From an uncultured Gammaproteobacteria bacterium (GTDB taxonomy: Bacteria; Patescibacteriota; Microgenomatia; JAMCZE01): 64,000 nt of DNA. The notes below the pieces were generated by a model. It saw only the letters and a list, made by a program, of their open reading frames with translations. It was not told where the DNA came from and ran no database searches. Positions within the stretch are counted from its first letter, which is position 1. Every line of letters begins with the position of its first letter. Positions 58,774 to 64,000 of the stretch are shown here, piece after piece. Both the position numbers and the translations under genes were made by a program. The stretch is from NCBI GenBank assembly GCA_964641255.1, contig CAZXMM010000001.1, positions 15,757 through 79,756 of the forward strand, given 5' to 3'.

Positions 58774-59505
58774 TTAATTCTCCATTTCTTCTTCTTGGAT
58801 CTGCATTAATTCCTGCAGTTTTCTAACTACCAAATCTGGGTGGGCAATATTGTCAAACTCTACGTTACGTTCTTCCCCTGCTGTTTGGGCATAAACGGTG
58901 CCGTAATCGAATAACCCCTGCAAAACACCGTGCCGCACTGATTTAACATCTTCCAGCTTAGAAATTCTGGTATTCGTTACGTCGTGGCTAGTGAGAGTGA
59001 TCCAGTCAACGTCAACAATTCTTTCGTTTGTAATAATACCAACGTTAAAGTACCAAAAAAGGATTTTTAAAAATGAGTAGGAAAACAGTCCCATATACCA
59101 AAATAAGGTAAGAAAGAAAACAAAGTTGACAAATCCAAACGGAACTAAACCAGTAAGACTGACCAGGGGAATAACTACGAACGGGAGTAGGGATCCTAAA
59201 ACTGTTAGAAGCAACCAAGGAACATTGGTGATTAGGTGAGCCCGAAGCACCAGAACAATATCCTCTCCCGGTAACTCTCCAGCAAAATGAATATTTTTAG
59301 GAAAAGCTAAAAACGTCGACATTGGGGTCTTACCAGAAATATGGCGCAGGTCCTCGTCGGTTGTAGATTCCTCGGGAAATCTGGGGTCACGTTTAATTTT
59401 AAGCTCAGTTGGGGAGGGTCCCGAGCTAACCGCAGGTTCTATAGTTACTTCTGAAACCTTGGGGTCTGGCTCCTTACTATCAACACTAATTCTGGTTCGG
59501 GGCAT
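58774..59505 (-). CDS. membrane protein with bacterial PH-like (YdbS/YdbT, DUF304) domain
   Basis: TM hairpin followed by a GTVYAQTAGEERNVEFDNIAHP region, as in bPH_2 domains. Confidence 0.45.
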   Translation of the reverse strand: MPRTRISVDSKEPDPKVSEVTIEPAVSSGPSPTELKIKRDPRFPEESTTDEDLRHISGKTPMSTFLAFPKNIHFAGELPGEDIVLVLRAHLITNVPWLLLTVLGSLLPFVVIPLVSLTGLVPFGFVNFVFFLTLFWYMGLFSYSFLKILFWYFNVGIITNERIVDVDWITLTSHDVTNTRISKLEDVKSVRHGVLQGLFDYGTVYAQTAGEERNVEFDNIAHPDLVVRKLQELMQIQEEEMEN

Positions 59506-59526
59506 AACAATAGTATAGCAGAGTTT

Positions 59527-61227
59527 TTACTTTTTCATGATATCAAATAATGAGCTGGGCAAGTAAATCTCTCCTGGCGCCCGAATATTAAAAACCTCAC
59601 GAAAGTCGCTGCCATTTAGCGCATGACCATTAATGATTACTGAGCTAGTGTAGCCTCCAGTACTATAGGAAACGCTGACACTGGAGACTTCAGAAATAGC
59701 ATCCCCACCCAAACGACTTCGTACCTCATCTCGACTCCAGGTATCAGGGTTGGCTTTATCGGTTTGCCCCAAATGCGACAGATTGCCACGGTCTTTGATA
59801 TAGAGTAGGGTTGCATTAATAATGTCTACAAACTCCTCTTTGGTCAGCCAGGGATGAGACCGCGAACCACTGCCTCCCCGAGGCTTGTACCAGGCTTTGT
59901 AAAACCAGGGAGAGCCAGCAATTTTTTCATAGGCGTCACCAGTCCAGCACGACTGGTTACCACACTTAGTGTCCCAGCCTCCAGGAGTGTTATAACCACC
60001 GGAAGAGGCTGCGTAGTAGGCAGAGTGGGGATTACCGCCCGAAACGAGAACTTTGCCGCTCGTATCATTAACCGCCCGCTCCCAATTTCCCCCTTTGGCA
60101 TTAGGCTGAAAAACCTGACAAGACTCGGTAGCACAAATGGGCTTTGATCCATTGTTAGTATAGGCCAGGGCGTAGGACCTAGCGGCCACCGCTTGGGCCT
60201 TGAGCGCTTCGTAGCCCCCACTATCTCCCCAGGAATTTGGGACCTCATAAATCCGCTTTACGTAATCCTCAATGGCATAGTCACCGTAGCCAGAAACTGT
60301 AATTCTGACTTCTCTTAAGTGATCAGATTTTAATTCTGTTCCCGGATAATAAGCGGCTAAGATCTGTTCGTAATTCTGGCCCTCTTTGGCTCGACCGTAG
60401 GCTCCGTACTGACTCATACCTTTGCGATGGGGTGCTCCAAAAGAAAAAGCGGCAAAAGCCGGAGAAAACCCAGGGTTAAAATCGGGCCGGCTCGCCGGAT
60501 CGTCAGTTTGGGGAACATCTCCGACACTAGTGGAAAAATTGCCGGTTTTTTCAGCCAGTAATTGCTTCTGTCTAGCCGATAGTGTCCCCACCGTATTGGT
60601 TAGTTGGGTCTGGTAGGATTTGGCACTACTAACTAGAGTTCTAATTGGAGCCAGCACAGTTTGTAAGCTTGCCCGCTTATCACTTAGCCACCTCTGGGTC
60701 TCTTCTAGCTGTTTTTTAGCTTTGGCCAAGTCACTTATTTCAATAACCAGTGTTGTAATCAACTGCTTTTGTTGATTAATCAAACTTTGGCGGTAGCCAA
60801 GGACTTGAATCGAGTCCCCAACGTTACTACCAGCCAATATCCCGCTTAGCCACATGTCAAAAGGAGACTGGTAATCTTTTTTGTAGTGATCTCTTACCTG
60901 AGTTTCCAACAGCTTGTGACGAAGCCCTAACTTTTGTTCGTTAGTAGCTATTTCGGTCTGTTTTTTAGTGATTTGGGTGGTCAGGGTTTGAACATTAGCA
61001 TCGATAATTGCAATGTCTCGTTCCAGATCCTTGAGTTTTTCTTCATGGGGCTTGGTCGCATTTACTGAGGTAGAAATGAGCTTTTGGCACTCCTCAATTT
61101 TTGACTGCAGCGTCTTGTCATCATCTCCATCTTTTGGCCCACTGCATTCAGCGGCAAGAACCAAGCCAGGGATTACTAGTGAGGTAAACAGAATAAGGAC
61201 GGCGGCAGCAATGAGCAGGTGACGCAT
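59527..61227 (-). CDS. SpoIID/LytB-domain protein with N-terminal coiled coil
   Basis: Signal peptide and long heptad region. C-terminal AYYAASSGGYNTPGG resembles the SpoIID consensus. Confidence 0.55.
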   Translation of the reverse strand: MRHLLIAAAVLILFTSLVIPGLVLAAECSGPKDGDDDKTLQSKIEECQKLISTSVNATKPHEEKLKDLERDIAIIDANVQTLTTQITKKQTEIATNEQKLGLRHKLLETQVRDHYKKDYQSPFDMWLSGILAGSNVGDSIQVLGYRQSLINQQKQLITTLVIEISDLAKAKKQLEETQRWLSDKRASLQTVLAPIRTLVSSAKSYQTQLTNTVGTLSARQKQLLAEKTGNFSTSVGDVPQTDDPASRPDFNPGFSPAFAAFSFGAPHRKGMSQYGAYGRAKEGQNYEQILAAYYPGTELKSDHLREVRITVSGYGDYAIEDYVKRIYEVPNSWGDSGGYEALKAQAVAARSYALAYTNNGSKPICATESCQVFQPNAKGGNWERAVNDTSGKVLVSGGNPHSAYYAASSGGYNTPGGWDTKCGNQSCWTGDAYEKIAGSPWFYKAWYKPRGGSGSRSHPWLTKEEFVDIINATLLYIKDRGNLSHLGQTDKANPDTWSRDEVRSRLGGDAISEVSSVSVSYSTGGYTSSVIINGHALNGSDFREVFNIRAPGEIYLPSSLFDIMKK

Positions 61228-61238
61228 ATGTAGGCTCG

Positions 61239-63059
61239 CTAGTTACTCGAAATCTTCCCTAGTTTTTTTGCTAGTGCTTCAATTTCACTGACTGCTTGGT
61301 CAATTTCGCCCAATCCTTTATCCCAAAACGCTTCATCGGTTATATCGACTCCCATTCTGGCAAAAATATTCTTTGGCGAGTCAGAAATACCCGCGGCCAA
61401 AAATTCTTTGACTTTACTAATAAATGTGGGGTCTGTTTTAACCGAGGTTTGCAGTGCCTTAGAGATGAGACTGCCAGAGGCATAGGAATAGACGTAAAAG
61501 AAGTTGCGAATATGACTCCAATACACCCACCAATTTTCCGATCCCTCCGATAGCTCAACAAAATCTCCCAGATACTCAGCCATATATTTTTTGAAGAGCG
61601 CTCCAATTTCTTTATGGGATAAATAGCCCTTTTCCCGAACGCTTTTGTGCGCCGCTTGCTCAAACCGATAACAAGCCACCTGTCTAAAAGTTGAAGCGAT
61701 TTCTTCGTCCAGAGTACTCAGAAGCAGCGAAAGTCGCATTTCATCGTCAGCTTCTTTCATCAGTTCCCTTAAAACGAAGTCTTCCATAAAGGTACTAGCC
61801 ACCTCGGCCGTAGCTAAAGAAAGCGCAAAGTTTAGAGCGTTTTGCTTTTCTTTGATGAGTTCATAATTGATGGCGTGTCCGAATTCGTGGGCCAGTGTGG
61901 TAACGTCTCTTAGCCTCTCACTGTGGTTAAGAAGAACATAGGTTGGGGAGCCGATCAGATCGTGAGAACAAAACGCCCCACTTTCTTTGCCTTTCTTGGG
62001 GAAAACGTCTACACAGCCATTTTCGTGAGCGGTCATTAAAATTTTTGCAAACTGCGGGTCTAGTCCCTCAAAGACTCGGCGCACCAATTCCAGCGATTGC
62101 TCATAGGGATACTTTACCTTGACACTTCCGTAGGTTGCTCCTCTTTCGTAATACTTAAGCTTGTCTTGTCCCAGAATCTTTGCTTTGATACCAAAGTAGC
62201 GGTGAGCAATGGCGTTGTTTTTGGTCACTGCAGCGACTAATACGTCCACCACGCTACTCTCAAGGTCGTCTGACAAATGTCGCGCGAGGTCCGGTCGGTC
62301 TCTACCTCTTAGTTCATCCTCGATCTTCCAATTATTGATAATAGCGTTGTACTCGGCTTCCGTAACTTTGACCTGTCTCTTAAGAATTGTGTTGACAGCT
62401 TTGCCGGCACTATCACGAACCGCCTTGTCAGGGCTATTAACCAGTTTCAAAAGCTTACTAAAGGGAAGTTTTTCTTTTTTTCCTTCTTCAGTAAGTGCCA
62501 CTTCTTCTTCATCAGCAATAAAACCGCTAACCATATCCACCCAATTACTGTGAGAGGTGGCCCACTTTAGGTTAATAATCTTTTCCTCGGGGTCGGAGAG
62601 AAGATATTTTCCTTGCAGAAAAAGTTTTTCCAGATAGTGTTTATAGGGACTAAGCAGTGGGGAAGCAAGGAACTTGGCTTGAGACTCTTTATCCACCTTT
62701 CCCAGCTTAAGAGTAAAAAATTGAATAGCATTAGAAATTGTGTTGCCGAGATCGTTAGCCTTTTGCAGTCTGGCTTTTAACCCAGCATTGACCTGGTCGA
62801 GCTCCTTTTTTAAACCGTAGTAGTGTCCTAAGTTTCCGTTAACTCCCGATACTTTTACCCAATACTCATATTCATCCAGCGCTTCTCTTAGTACCCGCTC
62901 ATCGGTCAAATAGTCCTCTCTGTCTTTCCACTTGTTAATGAATTGGTGGCTTTCTTCTTCGACCCGCTTTTTTTCTGCCTCAAAGGTTGCATCGCTATCA
63001 TTTTGCAAAAGTGGAGTTAAATCCCATTGGGTTTTAATAGATGTCTGGGGCTTTTTCAT
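61239..63059 (-). CDS. pepF: oligoendopeptidase F (M3 family)
   Basis: HEFGH zinc motif in the expected position. 606 aa. Confidence 0.85.
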   Translation of the reverse strand: MKKPQTSIKTQWDLTPLLQNDSDATFEAEKKRVEEESHQFINKWKDREDYLTDERVLREALDEYEYWVKVSGVNGNLGHYYGLKKELDQVNAGLKARLQKANDLGNTISNAIQFFTLKLGKVDKESQAKFLASPLLSPYKHYLEKLFLQGKYLLSDPEEKIINLKWATSHSNWVDMVSGFIADEEEVALTEEGKKEKLPFSKLLKLVNSPDKAVRDSAGKAVNTILKRQVKVTEAEYNAIINNWKIEDELRGRDRPDLARHLSDDLESSVVDVLVAAVTKNNAIAHRYFGIKAKILGQDKLKYYERGATYGSVKVKYPYEQSLELVRRVFEGLDPQFAKILMTAHENGCVDVFPKKGKESGAFCSHDLIGSPTYVLLNHSERLRDVTTLAHEFGHAINYELIKEKQNALNFALSLATAEVASTFMEDFVLRELMKEADDEMRLSLLLSTLDEEIASTFRQVACYRFEQAAHKSVREKGYLSHKEIGALFKKYMAEYLGDFVELSEGSENWWVYWSHIRNFFYVYSYASGSLISKALQTSVKTDPTFISKVKEFLAAGISDSPKNIFARMGVDITDEAFWDKGLGEIDQAVSEIEALAKKLGKISSN

Positions 63060-63078
63060 TTAGTTATTTTAACACTTT

Positions 63079-63987
63079 TTACCTCGCTGTTTTGAGCCGG
63101 CTGGCGAACCGTTGCATTACAACTAAAGAAAGATCGGTCGGATGAAAAAAAGCGTAGCCTAAGGCAAAGCGCTCATTGGTGATCTTAGAATTCATGTACC
63201 ACCTTTGGGCGATAAAGGTAAGCAGCTCAAAAGGCAGGCCAGCAATAGTCCAAAAGGAGGCACGATAGGTGCTAAGTGGTTTTGCTCTTTTGGCCAATAG
63301 CCATAACTGTTGGTACTTTCGGGGCAAAAAAACTTTAGTCCAAGCGTTGACCTTTAGCCACTGTTTGTTAATGCTCCGTTTATCAATAAGACATTTAGCC
63401 TGTAGGACTTCGTGGGCGGTGTAAATATTTTTCTGGCCAATACTTAGATGGTTACTGTCTAAATAAATGTTGGTGCAGAATTTATTTTTAGTCACCACAT
63501 CGCTGCGATAAAGCTTGGCCAATTTTAAGATCACCACTACTATCAACCTGGTCAACCACACGGTGTGGGGCACGGTCACAATCATTAGATCAATATCGGC
63601 CTCTTCTTTAGCATTTCCTACTGCCACCGAGCCGGTAAGAAAAATAGCTAGGACAGATGGGAGGCGCCCAAGGGCCAGAGCTACAGTTTGGGCGAGTAGG
63701 AATTTTTTTTGGGAAATAGCTGCTCTCTCCTTACGCCACTGCGAAAGTTTTTCTCGGCCAATTAGTGTCAGATGCCCATTTTTCAGCACTACTCTTTTGT
63801 CGCCCTTGGGTTGCTTCCCTTCATTATCAGTTGTAATCGCCCATAGCTTAGCTTCTGCTCTGGTGAGGGAAAAAGAGAATAAATCCGCGTAGACCACTGC
63901 CAAAAACTCATTGTAACTCAGCTTCATTGGCGCTATTATACTAGGGCCTATGCTTAAATCACTTAGTAAACTGCCAGAATGGCGCAT
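63079..63987 (-). CDS. nucleotidyltransferase-domain (Pol beta superfamily) protein
   Basis: GSVAVGNAKEEADIDLMIV fits the GS-X9-13-DxD motif. Confidence 0.55.
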   Translation of the reverse strand: MRHSGSLLSDLSIGPSIIAPMKLSYNEFLAVVYADLFSFSLTRAEAKLWAITTDNEGKQPKGDKRVVLKNGHLTLIGREKLSQWRKERAAISQKKFLLAQTVALALGRLPSVLAIFLTGSVAVGNAKEEADIDLMIVTVPHTVWLTRLIVVVILKLAKLYRSDVVTKNKFCTNIYLDSNHLSIGQKNIYTAHEVLQAKCLIDKRSINKQWLKVNAWTKVFLPRKYQQLWLLAKRAKPLSTYRASFWTIAGLPFELLTFIAQRWYMNSKITNERFALGYAFFHPTDLSLVVMQRFASRLKTAR

Positions 63988-64000
63988 CCTGGGGTTTATG

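Noticed and set aside
1-64000. Recoded genetic code (UGA sense), as in some CPR lineages
   Set aside because: Long conserved genes (recF, ftsH, nrdA, the PBPs) are intact with TGA as stop. Nothing suggests read-through.

Overview
This is a 64 kb bacterial chromosomal segment of about 45% GC, with most genes on the minus strand. Gene content suggests a small-genome, CPR/Patescibacteria-like organism, but this is inference from features such as the split transketolase, the TrmB regulator, the GT39 transferase and two class A PBPs. TGA is a stop codon throughout, so the genetic code is standard. Everything below was read by eye from the sequence; no searches or structure predictions were run.

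Housekeeping content:
- DNA repair and replication: recF, mutM, a stand-alone 5'-3' exonuclease, two NUDIX hydrolases.
- Protein quality control and translation: ftsH, and trpS preceded by a T-box leader with a UGG specifier.
- Nucleotide synthesis: an nrdR-nrdA-(hyp)-(MTase)-nrdB operon.
- Central carbon metabolism: a glycolate/glycerate and lower-glycolysis/pentose-phosphate cluster (gap, pgk, hydroxyacid dehydrogenase, GlcD-like FAD oxidase, MOFRL glycerate kinase, class II fba, PfkB kinase, split tkt, rpe, rpiB, LOG).
- Cell envelope: two paralogous class A PBPs, an O-antigen-ligase-like protein, a LamG-domain protein, a SpoIID-like protein, pepF.

Accessory content:
1. A 29-bp perfect duplication of the recF start region now forms the start of an MFS transporter gene, next to a TrmB regulator and a tRNA-like 3' fragment.
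2. An island of about 7.3 kb (13.8-21.1 kb) carries a large serine recombinase, an Xis-like protein, an XRE repressor with a composite palindromic operator, and six low-GC genes of unknown function. The last four genes are each followed by a conserved hairpin motif of about 35 nt, giving a cassette-like array.
3. Two tRNAs sit behind TTGCTAYAAT promoters: a somewhat degenerate tRNA-Met(CAU) and a clean tRNA-Ile with anticodon UAU. They flank a tyrosine recombinase and an anomalously high-GC (about 60%) lipoprotein gene.
4. A VirB4/TraC-like ATPase and a proline-rich protein sit directly downstream of the nrd operon.
5. An orphan 488-aa protein is translationally coupled to a 53-aa membrane peptide.
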